Source: Candidatus Jorgensenbacteria bacterium (GTDB lineage Bacteria > Patescibacteriota > Minisyncoccia > UBA6257 > GWB1-50-10). Taken from it: a stretch of DNA of 53,118 nt. Both the position numbers and the translations under genes were made by a program. The first letter of the stretch is position 1. Each line of letters opens with the position of its first letter. The stretch is taken from assembly GCA_037444725.1 (NCBI GenBank), contig JBBILW010000002.1:1-53118 (forward strand). The letters run 5' to 3'. Shown here in pieces: positions 1 through 8,207 of the stretch. The notes beneath the pieces were generated by a model. That model saw only the letters and a program-made list of their open reading frames with translations. It was not told where the DNA came from and searched no databases.

Positions 1-894
1 CGGGTCCGCCGTAAACACTCTCGTGAGATACACGAATGCATAGAGTCCCGCCGACCACGCAAGCACCATTCTGCGCCTCCCTGCGTCCGAAAGAAAGCCA
101 ACAAAAAGCGTCACGATGGCCGCAGCAAAAAGACCGGCGGAAATCACGATGCCCAAATCACTTACGCTCTCAATCGCGAGATACACGAATAATGGCCACA
201 ATACGGCACCCACGATGACTTCCATGGCGTAGCCGATGCTCGCGATATTAAAGGGAAGAAGCGAAGCGTGCCCCAAATATTTCAGGATTTCCATGCGCTT
301 GCCGTCCGATTCAAGCGTACGGTGCGGAAATGCGAACAAAGGAAACACGGAAAGGACGAGAATCGCCGACACGATGAAAAAAGTATTTTGAAAGCCGATA
401 GAGGTGATGAGCAGTCCCCCGATAAGCGGCGCGGAAAATTGTACGAAAGAAGTTATGGCATCCCGCGTGCCAATTTCTCTTCCCAAATGGCCATCCTCGG
501 ACGATTTCGAGAACGCGATGTTGTATCCAATGTTGAAAAGAAGGGCGTTCACCGCAAGAAGCAGCGGAAGAACGTAAAAAAGAATCGGCATCGTCGCAAC
601 GAACTTGAGGCCCAAAAAATAAAGCACGAGCGGCGGAATCGAAAGAAACATCATCATTTTGTCGCTCAATTTTTCGATAAGCGGCAAAAAGAGGAACGCG
701 AGCAGAATAAAATACACCGAGTTTAAGAGATAAAAAAAGAGAATACTCGAAATAGTGAATCCCGATTTCCAGAAAAGAATCGGCACGAAGACGCTCACAA
801 GTCCTCCGCCAAAGTACTGCAGAGCGAGAGTGATGGAGAGCGCGCCTATCTCCTGTTGGGGGAAAATATGAAAATGCGTGCGGTCAATGAGCAT
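1..894 (-). CDS. MFS-type transporter, partial (C-terminus runs off the left edge)
   Basis: Absent from the ORF track because no stop is reached. My reverse-strand translation from the ATG (complement of 892-894) reads MLIDRTHFHIFPQQEIGALSITLALQYFGGGLVSVFVPILFWKSGF... and stays open to base 1. It shows successive hydrophobic helices and a GFLSDAGRRRM loop resembling the MFS G-x-x-x-D-R-x-G-R-R motif. Confidence 0.6.
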   Translation of the reverse strand, partial: MLIDRTHFHIFPQQEIGALSITLALQYFGGGLVSVFVPILFWKSGFTISSILFFYLLNSVYFILLAFLFLPLIEKLSDKMMMFLSIPPLVLYFLGLKFVATMPILFYVLPLLLAVNALLFNIGYNIAFSKSSEDGHLGREIGTRDAITSFVQFSAPLIGGLLITSIGFQNTFFIVSAILVLSVFPLFAFPHRTLESDGKRMEILKYLGHASLLPFNIASIGYAMEVIVGAVLWPLFVYLAIESVSDLGIVISAGLFAAAIVTLFVGFLSDAGRRRMVLAWSAGLYAFVYLTRVFTADP

Positions 895-903
895 GTGCGC
901 TGG

Positions 904-1416
904 TTAGAAAAACAGATTATACACGTACTTTGCGATGGGGTCGACATCGACTCCCTGCGCGATGACGCCTCCAAGCGCTCCAGTAATAGTGATAAGTATG
1001 AGTCCGATAATCGCAGGAACGACGACAAAATGAGAATCAATGACGAACATCCTCGCGCGCTGCAGCGCAATCCAGGCATTGCGGAAACGCGGCGCGATAC
1101 GCGAAGAAATATGCGCGTCTTTCTCAAGCCACGCGATTGCGTAGAAGAACGCAACGATGCCAAACAGCACGACGACCGATGCCGCAAATCCGGAATGGAC
1201 TTCCACGAGATTCGCCTGATTTCCAAAGAGATCTTCTATCGCGTCCCCTGCCGCAAACGCCGGAAGAAGCGACAGGGCGCCCGTAATTACGATAACCGCT
1301 TTCACATAAAACCAGTAATGCAAATTTCTCACCGATTCAAAACGGATAAGTTCAAGAATGGCGTAGACGACGAGCAAAGCAATGGGAAAATGAACCAATA
1401 TAGGATGGAAGTTCAT
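904..1416 (-). CDS. Integral membrane protein, DUF2231-like
   Basis: The ORF 904..1470 opens with GTG. The first ATG (complement of 1414-1416) gives MNFHPILVHFPIALLVVYAILE, the HP-x-x-VHFPIA signature I associate with DUF2231, plus 4-5 hydrophobic helices. Confidence 0.5.
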   Translation of the reverse strand: MNFHPILVHFPIALLVVYAILELIRFESVRNLHYWFYVKAVIVITGALSLLPAFAAGDAIEDLFGNQANLVEVHSGFAASVVVLFGIVAFFYAIAWLEKDAHISSRIAPRFRNAWIALQRARMFVIDSHFVVVPAIIGLILITITGALGGVIAQGVDVDPIAKYVYNLFF

Positions 1417-1472
1417 AAAACCATTATAACACTTGATTGGGCCTCTGCCGTATAGTAAGGTAGTAATCACTT

Positions 1473-2495
1473 ATGGACGCCACAAAACTCTACACAAACG
1501 TGAAGGTGGGAAAGCCCGTTGATGCGGTCATTGAAATCACCGGCGAAGTTCCCGCAGACATTCTCGAGTTCCACCGCAAAGAAGTGCTCGAGAAGGTAAA
1601 AAAACAAATTGAGATTCCCGGCTTTCGCAAGGGCAATGTTCCCGAAGCGCTCGTCTTGAAACAGGTCAATATGAATCATGTGCTCGAGGACGCCGCAGAA
1701 GAGGCATTGAATGCCGCCTACCCGCTTATTCTCGACGAGGAAAAAATCGTCCCCGTGAGCTCTCCGCGCATCACGCTCGTAAAGCTTGCAGAAGGAGCCC
1801 CTCTTGAGTTCAAAGTGAATCTCGCGGTAGAACCCGCAGTAACGCTCCCCAATTACAAAAAAATCGCAACCGCCATCAAAGCCAAGAAAGCTCCGATTGA
1901 GGTCACCGAAAAGGAAGTCGACGAAGTCATCGAGCAACTGCGTACGATGCGTGCCGCGGAAGACGGCAAGCCTACCGAACTCACGGACGAGTTCGTAAAA
2001 ACACTCGGCAAGTTCGAGAATGTCGCAGATTTCAAAGCGAAGCTTAAAGACAACGTAAAAGCGGAAAAAGAAACGGAAGCGGTTCGTATCCGTTATGAAG
2101 AGCTCGCACAAGGGCTGGTCGCGGACGCAAAAGTTACCATTGCCGCGCTTCAAATCGAAGACGAAATGTATGCCGCGCACGGACGCCTTCATCGCGAACT
2201 CGAGAAGCGGAAAATGTCAGCGGAAGAGTACTTCAAAATCATAAAGAAAACCGAGGAGGAGTACATGAAAGAAAAGAAGGAGGCAATCGAGCGCCAGCTG
2301 AAAACAAAGTACATTTTGAAGGCAATTGCCGAAAAAGAAGGCATTAAAGCCGACGAAAAAGCGGTAGAAAAGGAGCTCGCCCACGCCGCTGCGCACTACC
2401 CGAATACCGACGCAGAATCATTCAGGAATTACATCGAAGAAATGATGGCAAACGAGCAAACGCTCAAATTCCTCGAAGAAGCAAACTGGAAATAG
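1473..2495 (+). CDS. tig: Trigger factor lacking the PPIase (FKBP) domain
   Basis: Carries the ribosome-binding signature GFRKGNVP in the N-domain. The linker VTEKEVDEVIEQLR runs straight into the C-domain-like segment ELTDEFVKTLG. At 340 aa it is about 90 aa shorter than canonical trigger factor. Confidence 0.8.
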   Translation: MDATKLYTNVKVGKPVDAVIEITGEVPADILEFHRKEVLEKVKKQIEIPGFRKGNVPEALVLKQVNMNHVLEDAAEEALNAAYPLILDEEKIVPVSSPRITLVKLAEGAPLEFKVNLAVEPAVTLPNYKKIATAIKAKKAPIEVTEKEVDEVIEQLRTMRAAEDGKPTELTDEFVKTLGKFENVADFKAKLKDNVKAEKETEAVRIRYEELAQGLVADAKVTIAALQIEDEMYAAHGRLHRELEKRKMSAEEYFKIIKKTEEEYMKEKKEAIERQLKTKYILKAIAEKEGIKADEKAVEKELAHAAAHYPNTDAESFRNYIEEMMANEQTLKFLEEANWK

Positions 2496-2520
2496 ATTTG
2501 TAAGCGCTTTAAAAAAAATT

Positions 2521-2537
2521 CCGCCCGTGAGGGGCGG
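2521..2537. terminator. Bidirectional rho-independent terminator between convergent tig and gpsA
   Basis: Hairpin CCGCCC-gtgag-GGGCGG with an A-run upstream and TTTTGTTT downstream. Confidence 0.75.
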
Positions 2538-2548
2538 GATTTTGTTTA

Positions 2549-3448
2549 CTACAAACTGTGCTTCAATAGTTTTGAAAAACTCTCGCGAGCGTCTCCTTTC
2601 CCGGAAACCGCAAGCGCCACGGCGCGCATAAGCGGAAAAGAACCAAGAGCCGATTTCGGCATAAGCGTGAGAAGCGGCTGAATCGATGCCAGCCCCTCGC
2701 TCGGTGGAAGTTTCTTTTTCCCCTTCACAATCATCCCGCCGACCTCCACGTTTTTTGATAATTGGCTAAACCCCGTTGCAATAAGATCGAGGATGCCCGC
2801 GCTACTGTGCGCCGATTGCTTCTTGCCGCCAAGAAGCACGAGCGCTCGTTCCAATTCGTCCATGGCGCGCACCGCAAACCATGCGCGCGCGTTTCCTCCC
2901 CAGCCGAGCCCATGCGCAATACCGAAACCCAGCGCATAGATATTTTTAAGCACACTTGCCATCGCGACACCGCGTACATCGCCTGATTCCTCAAGAAAAA
3001 AGCGTGTGCCCTTAAAGAGATCCCGCACGCTTCCGCGTACCAAAGCCTTGCCCGCCACCACGCCAAATCCGGGCTCTCCCGCTTCAAGCTCCTCAGCGAG
3101 CATGGCGCCCCCGATATACGCAATGGGCTGCCCCCCGTGGAGCTCACGGGTCAAAAACTCATACGATGTCTCAGCTGTTTTCTGCTGGAGTCCTTTTGAA
3201 ACAGCGATGACGGTAGTGGTGCGCGCAACAAAAGGAAACACTTGCTTTAACGCACTCGGCAAACACCACGAAGGCACGCACAAGAAAAGAAATTGCGCGT
3301 GGGGCACTATTTCAAACAACGATTTCTGGTGCGGGACCTTGCCCACGCAAATATCCCAGCACTGGACCGGATGATGCGAGCGCCGCATAAGCGCGGACAT
3401 CGCGCGCCCAATCTCCCCCATTCCCACGATAACAACACGTGGTTTCAT
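2549..3448 (-). CDS. gpsA: NAD(P)H-dependent glycerol-3-phosphate dehydrogenase
   Basis: N-terminal Rossmann motif VVIVGMGEIGRAM, then AVSKGL, GGAMLAEEL and LKNIYALGFGIAHGLGWGGNARAW, which match GpsA core motifs. Confidence 0.7.
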   Translation of the reverse strand: MKPRVVIVGMGEIGRAMSALMRRSHHPVQCWDICVGKVPHQKSLFEIVPHAQFLFLCVPSWCLPSALKQVFPFVARTTTVIAVSKGLQQKTAETSYEFLTRELHGGQPIAYIGGAMLAEELEAGEPGFGVVAGKALVRGSVRDLFKGTRFFLEESGDVRGVAMASVLKNIYALGFGIAHGLGWGGNARAWFAVRAMDELERALVLLGGKKQSAHSSAGILDLIATGFSQLSKNVEVGGMIVKGKKKLPPSEGLASIQPLLTLMPKSALGSFPLMRAVALAVSGKGDARESFSKLLKHSL

Positions 3449-3455
3449 ACCTTCA

Positions 3456-4103
3456 TTATACCTTTAATTTTGAAACAGGACACTCGGCATGGTCATGTTT
3501 TTTCGCCGGACAATATTCCCTGCCGTACAAAATAATGCGGAGCGACAAGTTGCGCCACTCTTCGTGCGGAATAATTTCCATAAGGTCGCGCTCGATTTTT
3601 TCTGGGTCATGATTATCAGTGAGTCCCCAGAGACGCGCGAGGCGCCGGACGTGCGTATCTACCGCGATACCCTCCACGATGCCGTACGCGCTCTCCAATA
3701 TGATATTCGCGGTCTTCCGCCCTACGCCGGGAATCGTGATAAGCTCTTCCATCGTACGGGGAACTTTTCCGTGAAATTCGGTTGCAACTTGTCGCGCAGC
3801 TGCAAGGATACTCTTCGCTTTATTGCGATAAAATCCCGTGGACTTTATATCTTGCTCAAAGACTGACTGCGTCGCGTGCACATAATCATCGAGTGTCCGG
3901 TATTTTTTGAAGAGCGTCGCGGTCACCTCATTTACCTGTCTGTCGGTGCATTGCGCAGAGAGCACAACAGCAACCAAAAGCTCCCACGGATTCTTGTGGT
4001 TAAGCGATACGCGGATTGTAGGGTAAAGTTTCGTGAGCAGCGCGATAATCGCCGCCGCTTTCTTCTTTCGCGCTGCAAGAGTCATTGCGTTGCTCTTACT
4101 CAT
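3456..4103 (-). CDS. nth: Endonuclease III family DNA glycosylase/lyase (HhH-GPD)
   Basis: Contains the HhH motif with catalytic Lys (IPGVGRKTANIIL) and the catalytic Asp (IAVDTHVRRL). The start is trimmed to ATG at 4101-4103 (MSKSNAM...). The C-terminal loop has only 2 Cys. Confidence 0.8.
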   Translation of the reverse strand: MSKSNAMTLAARKKKAAAIIALLTKLYPTIRVSLNHKNPWELLVAVVLSAQCTDRQVNEVTATLFKKYRTLDDYVHATQSVFEQDIKSTGFYRNKAKSILAAARQVATEFHGKVPRTMEELITIPGVGRKTANIILESAYGIVEGIAVDTHVRRLARLWGLTDNHDPEKIERDLMEIIPHEEWRNLSLRIILYGREYCPAKKHDHAECPVSKLKV

Positions 4104-4207
4104 GGATGACGACTCAATTAGTGAAATCCGAATGCGACGTAACCAAGGTACGCGACAATAAGACCCACAATGATAAAAATCCAAAATTCGAGATGCTCCA
4201 TACTGAC

Positions 4208-4555
4208 TTATTCACTGTATTTCGTTTTTCTTCCCGATTGCGATGTCGTTTTCTCCTTATATTTACGGAGCTCGAGCTTCAATAGGTCTTTAACATCATC
4301 AATTGCCGCACGCGCATCGGAGTTTTCCGTTTCAACCCTGATGGTTTTCCCGGGAAGACCGAGCGTTACTTCCGCATAATACACGTCGCCGTGCGTGTGG
4401 TGGCGCGAGGTGCGCGCCAGTTCGCAAAATGCGGTTATCTCATCTTTTTCCTCGAATCGGGAAACAATGTCGGCGCACGAGCCAATTTTTTCTTCGATGT
4501 ATTCTTTGATTGCGGGAGTAAGTTCAAGCTTGCTGCCCATGATATTGATTTTCAT
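4208..4555 (-). CDS. hpf: Ribosome hibernation promoting factor (S30AE/RaiA family)
   Basis: MKINIMGSKLELTPAIKEYIEEKI is a typical HPF N-terminus. An alternative ATG lies at 4573 (MKYTIYMKIN). Confidence 0.75.
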   Translation of the reverse strand: MKINIMGSKLELTPAIKEYIEEKIGSCADIVSRFEEKDEITAFCELARTSRHHTHGDVYYAEVTLGLPGKTIRVETENSDARAAIDDVKDLLKLELRKYKEKTTSQSGRKTKYSE

Positions 4556-4577
4556 ATATATAGTATACTTCATAAAA

Positions 4578-4599
4578 ACACGGGCGTAATTGCCCGTGT
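4578..4599 (-). terminator. Rho-independent terminator after the Cys-rich protein gene
   Basis: Hairpin ACACGGGC-gtaatt-GCCCGTGT. On the minus strand it is followed by TTTTTAT. Confidence 0.7.
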
Positions 4600-4610
4600 T
4601 TTTGTTTTCA

Positions 4611-6425
4611 TCAGAACTGAGGAGGCGTGGGGATTGAGCCCGGCATCATGCCTGGCACGCCGCCAGGAACCGCGGTCGGAATGTTCTGCATCATGCACTT
4701 GCGTACCGTATCGCTAAAGCTCGAAGGAGGCTGCGCCTCACCGCTCTTTATCTTGTCGAGCAAGTCCTCCCCGTATGCGGACTTAAGACAACTCTCCGTT
4801 TGCGGCGCGAACTGCGGCATTGCGGGGATACCGGGCACCAAAGTCCTTTGCGGGATCGGAGGAACGGGGGCAATACCTGGACCCTCCGTCATAGGAGGCA
4901 CTACGGGTTTGTATTGCACTGCACACCCTTGGATAACCTCCTGGAGATTGTCCGGGGGCTGCTGCAAATTCGAGATATCGCCGATTTTTGCCCTCACGCA
5001 CTCCTGGATTGCGGGCGGCATCTGCGGCATACGTGTTTGTATTTCTCCTGCTGCATTTTTTACGCATTCCTGCATCGCTTCGCCAACTGCTGGCGTTGCC
5101 GCTGCTCCCTGACCCGCCTTCAGTTGCGCAACCGTATCAGTGCCAAGCTTATCAATAAGGCACTGCTCGGCTCCGGGAGGCAAATTCGCAAACGCACCCT
5201 GTATGCGTGCGGCACCCTGTTGCGCCATGCTCTCAAAACAGGCACGGAGCGCATCTCCTTTCTCTGGCGAAGGCGCCTCTCCTGCGCGAATCTTCTGAAG
5301 ATCAATAGTGCCTACATTTTGCTCAATGCAATTCATAACTGCGGGCGGCGCCATCTTGAGCCCCTGTTCAAGTTTATCTTTCACCTTGCCCATCTGGCTC
5401 TCAAAACACGCCTTCACGGTTTCGCCAACCTGCTGCGTCGGCGTGAGTTCACCGCTCTGCATCTTGCCGATGACATTCTCTCCAAGCTTCTCCCGCAAAC
5501 ACGCCTTCACTTCTTCTGGTGCCTGAGCGATACCGGTCCGCAAAAAGCCCATACCGTCCTTAATTTCCTTTATTTTTTCGGGAGGAATAATTCCGTGGTC
5601 CTGCGCGAACGCAAAGCACTCATCGGCATGCTCGGATGCGTTGCAATACGCATCACACGCATCTTTTGAAGAACATCCGCCGGGACCCTTACCGCCCGTC
5701 TTCTTCGCAATAGCGAGGTCTTCGGGAGAAATGAGGCCTGCTTTTTCCGCAAACGCGATGCATTCATTGAAATGGTCGGCTGCCTTGCAGTAATTCTCGC
5801 ACGTATCTTTCGAAGTGCACTTCCCCGGTGTTTCGCCGTTTTTGACAAACGCGGTCATCTTCCTCGCATTGGCGAGCTCTTCCGGCGAAAGCGTTCCCGC
5901 CTTTTCCGCGAATGCTAAGCACTCATCTGCGTGCTGGCCTCCGCTGCAATACGCTTCGCACTGATCTTTTGTCTTGCATCCTCCAGGCATAGTCGCTCCC
6001 GCCTGCAACGCCGCCTGTATCCGCTTCATCTCGCCAAGCTCCGCACCGCTTGCAATGCCGTGCGTCTCGGCAAAGGCTGTGCACGCCTGTAAATGTGATA
6101 CGTCCGCGCAATACGTTCTGCATGATTTTTCGTCCTTGCATCCGCCAGGGCCCTCGCCGCGCAATACATCCGCGAACTTGCGTGAACGCGCCGCAACATC
6201 CGGTGAAATAAGGTTATGCGCTTCGCCGAAATTGGTACATTCGGTAATGTGCGCAGTATCGGCACAGTACGCCCGACACGCTGCCTGATCGGTGCAACTG
6301 CCAAGTTCAGCAATCGGATATGTTATTTCAGGAGTCTGCGCTCGTACCACGATAACCGCGCTCGCGAATATACCGGATGCGAGAATCATTGCGGGAAGGA
6401 ATGATGATGCGATAATTTTTTTCAT
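4611..6425 (-). CDS. Secreted or anchored Cys-rich tandem-repeat protein, function unknown
   Basis: Has an N-terminal signal/anchor (MKKIIASSFLPAMILASGIFASAVIVV). Five copies of G-x-C-x6-C-x3-C-x4-H-x3-C-x2-FAE are followed by about five copies of a P-x-x-x-x-x-C-(L/I)-x-x-K-(L/I)-G ... C unit and a Pro-rich tail. Confidence 0.7.
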   Translation of the reverse strand: MKKIIASSFLPAMILASGIFASAVIVVRAQTPEITYPIAELGSCTDQAACRAYCADTAHITECTNFGEAHNLISPDVAARSRKFADVLRGEGPGGCKDEKSCRTYCADVSHLQACTAFAETHGIASGAELGEMKRIQAALQAGATMPGGCKTKDQCEAYCSGGQHADECLAFAEKAGTLSPEELANARKMTAFVKNGETPGKCTSKDTCENYCKAADHFNECIAFAEKAGLISPEDLAIAKKTGGKGPGGCSSKDACDAYCNASEHADECFAFAQDHGIIPPEKIKEIKDGMGFLRTGIAQAPEEVKACLREKLGENVIGKMQSGELTPTQQVGETVKACFESQMGKVKDKLEQGLKMAPPAVMNCIEQNVGTIDLQKIRAGEAPSPEKGDALRACFESMAQQGAARIQGAFANLPPGAEQCLIDKLGTDTVAQLKAGQGAAATPAVGEAMQECVKNAAGEIQTRMPQMPPAIQECVRAKIGDISNLQQPPDNLQEVIQGCAVQYKPVVPPMTEGPGIAPVPPIPQRTLVPGIPAMPQFAPQTESCLKSAYGEDLLDKIKSGEAQPPSSFSDTVRKCMMQNIPTAVPGGVPGMMPGSIPTPPQF

Positions 6426-6444
6426 AGTCTCTTAGGGGAATAGA

Positions 6445-6711
6445 TTATTGGCCGAACGGATTCTGATATCCGGTATCGTACGGATTTGTCTGCGTCTTGA
6501 AAGGATTCGTTTCAGGAACGTTCGCCGCCGGGTTCGGCGTCGCCTGGCTGTAAATCTGTCCGCCAAGCCCTGCGTCCTGAGGGTTCGTCACTTTTTCTTG
6601 CACGCCTCCCGTTGCAGGACTCGGTGCGACGACCGGCTGCGCAAGATACCACCATACACCCGCCGCGACAACCAACACTCCGACTATCGCGTAGATTAGT
6701 GTTTTACTCAT
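6445..6711 (-). CDS. Small N-terminally anchored protein with a low-complexity NP-rich tail
   Basis: One TM helix (LIYAIVGVLVVAAGVWWYL), then a P/N/Q/G-rich tail with NPF/NPY motifs. It lies 19 nt upstream of the Cys-rich gene. Confidence 0.5.
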   Translation of the reverse strand: MSKTLIYAIVGVLVVAAGVWWYLAQPVVAPSPATGGVQEKVTNPQDAGLGGQIYSQATPNPAANVPETNPFKTQTNPYDTGYQNPFGQ

Positions 6712-6758
6712 ATTACTTTCAGTATAACAAAACTTTTTTACAGAAAATCAAAAAAACA

Positions 6759-6780
6759 CCGCGTGGCACATGCCATGCGG
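6759..6780 (-). terminator. Rho-independent terminator
   Basis: Imperfect hairpin CCGCGTGGCA/TGCCATGCGG with one mismatch. On the minus strand it is followed by TGTTTTTTT. Confidence 0.6.
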
Positions 6781-6798
6781 CGTACTGACATCATCTCA

Positions 6799-7422
6799 CT
6801 AACGGGAAAGCGGCGCGTTACATTCGTTAAACATCGATGAGTTCTCGAATCTCCAATACTCCGTCGCAAGGCTCTTCTTTTCTTCCGCAGAAAGCGCGGC
6901 GGGAAGCTGGTTTTTCGGATTGATTATCATAAGCGAGCTATCCTTCCGGAATTCGATGCCATATGAGGAATTGACGCCGTAGACGATAATGCGCCCGGTC
7001 TTCGCATCAAGAATTACGTGGCAGCCCGCGCCGCAGCCGTCTTTCACTACGGTATAGCGCCCCGCAAAATTGGGCCCAAGTTTCGCACCGTCGATTAATG
7101 CCTGCTTGTTTTCGGCAGGAACATCGTAGGTTGAAAAATTCACTGGGGCAGGAGTTCCAGAAAACGTTTCTTCTTTAAGAGTGAATTGTTCGAAGGAAAG
7201 TGCGACGCACTTCGTCGGAATCTGTTCGACAATGGCGAGCCCCTTGGCAACCTCGCACCTGCGCGGCACGGTATTTAATACGCGATACCCCGCACGCGCG
7301 CACTCCTCAAAATTGGTGACAAGCGGCCTGTCTTTCGGGAAAACGTAAAGTACTAATAAAAATGTCGCGACACACGCGATAGCAGTCGCCGCGATGACAA
7401 ACATTCTTGCCGCTCGTGACAT
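6799..7422 (-). CDS. Membrane-anchored hypothetical protein
   Basis: N-terminal TM helix (MFVIAATAIACVATFLLVLYVF) and a Cys-containing ectodomain. I recognise no family. Confidence 0.5.
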   Translation of the reverse strand: MSRAARMFVIAATAIACVATFLLVLYVFPKDRPLVTNFEECARAGYRVLNTVPRRCEVAKGLAIVEQIPTKCVALSFEQFTLKEETFSGTPAPVNFSTYDVPAENKQALIDGAKLGPNFAGRYTVVKDGCGAGCHVILDAKTGRIIVYGVNSSYGIEFRKDSSLMIINPKNQLPAALSAEEKKSLATEYWRFENSSMFNECNAPLSR

Positions 7423-7437
7423 GTATGCATTATACCA

Positions 7438-8136
7438 CTACGCGCCGAGCTTGCGTCTGCGCGTTGCGTAATCTAGAAGCGCGTGATGGAATTCTTTTGC
7501 GTTAAACGAAGGCCAAAAAAGATTCGTGAAATAGAGCTCGCTGTTTGCGGTAAGCCACATCATGAAGCCCGCCGAAGAGTGCGGCTCCCCGCCCGTGCGG
7601 ATAACAAGGTCCACCTGCGGAAGCTCATGCGTCCACAGCGATTGCTCCACTGCCTCGTTGCTCGGTTTCAATTCATTTTTCTGCATCGCTTTAATCGCCT
7701 CCACCATCTCCCGCTTGCCGTCATAGCCGAGCAAGACAGTGAGATTGTGGTCCGAAAAATGCTTGGTGCGCTGTTCAAGTTCGCGCACGAGGTCGTTTAC
7801 CTTCGCGTCTTTCAGCAATTCGCGGAATCTGCCAAACACGCGCACACGCACCTTGTGTTTGATAATCGAATCATTCTTCAAAATGCTCGCCAATTCTCGG
7901 CGGATAAGCGCGCGTAAAATATTCGTTTCCGCTACCGGACGCTTCGTTAAATTATCTTCCGATGCCGCCCAAAACGTGAGGTATTCTACACCTGAGCGGA
8001 ACGCCTCTTCGATAATCACGTGAGTGGCGGCACCTCCTGCCGCATACGCTTTCGTATAGTTCACCTGATTCTGCTTCGCCCAGCGGCGATTCCCATCCGG
8101 AATAACGGCAATGTGACGCGGAATCTTTGAAGACAT
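7438..8136 (-). CDS. uppS: Undecaprenyl-diphosphate synthase (cis-prenyltransferase)
   Basis: HIAVIPDGNRRWAK signature and LTFWAASEDN. The ORF-track start at 8145 is TTG; the first ATG is the complement of 8134-8136. Confidence 0.85.
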   Translation of the reverse strand: MSSKIPRHIAVIPDGNRRWAKQNQVNYTKAYAAGGAATHVIIEEAFRSGVEYLTFWAASEDNLTKRPVAETNILRALIRRELASILKNDSIIKHKVRVRVFGRFRELLKDAKVNDLVRELEQRTKHFSDHNLTVLLGYDGKREMVEAIKAMQKNELKPSNEAVEQSLWTHELPQVDLVIRTGGEPHSSAGFMMWLTANSELYFTNLFWPSFNAKEFHHALLDYATRRRKLGA

Positions 8137-8173
8137 ATAAATCAAGTGTACTAGAATGCCTGCTCAGTATCAA

Positions 8174-8199
8174 AAAGCGCCCCATGTTAAGGGCGCTTT
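8174..8199 (-). terminator. Rho-independent terminator after typA
   Basis: GCGCCC/GGGCGC stem with A/T-extended arms, 9 nt past the typA stop. Confidence 0.65.
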
Positions 8200-8207
8200 C
8201 TCCGCTG

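Noticed and set aside
268-726. A 152-aa plus-strand ORF that is extremely rich in Arg, Lys and His.
   Set aside because: It lies antisense to a continuous hydrophobic MFS reading frame that I translated on the minus strand (1-894). Its composition is the mirror artefact of a membrane-protein gene.
4800-5669. A 289-aa plus-strand ORF, with several shorter ORFs, inside 4611-6425.
   Set aside because: These ORFs are antisense or out of frame relative to the Cys-rich repeat gene, which has a signal peptide, periodic motifs and a terminator. They have Arg/Leu/Cys-rich nonsense composition.
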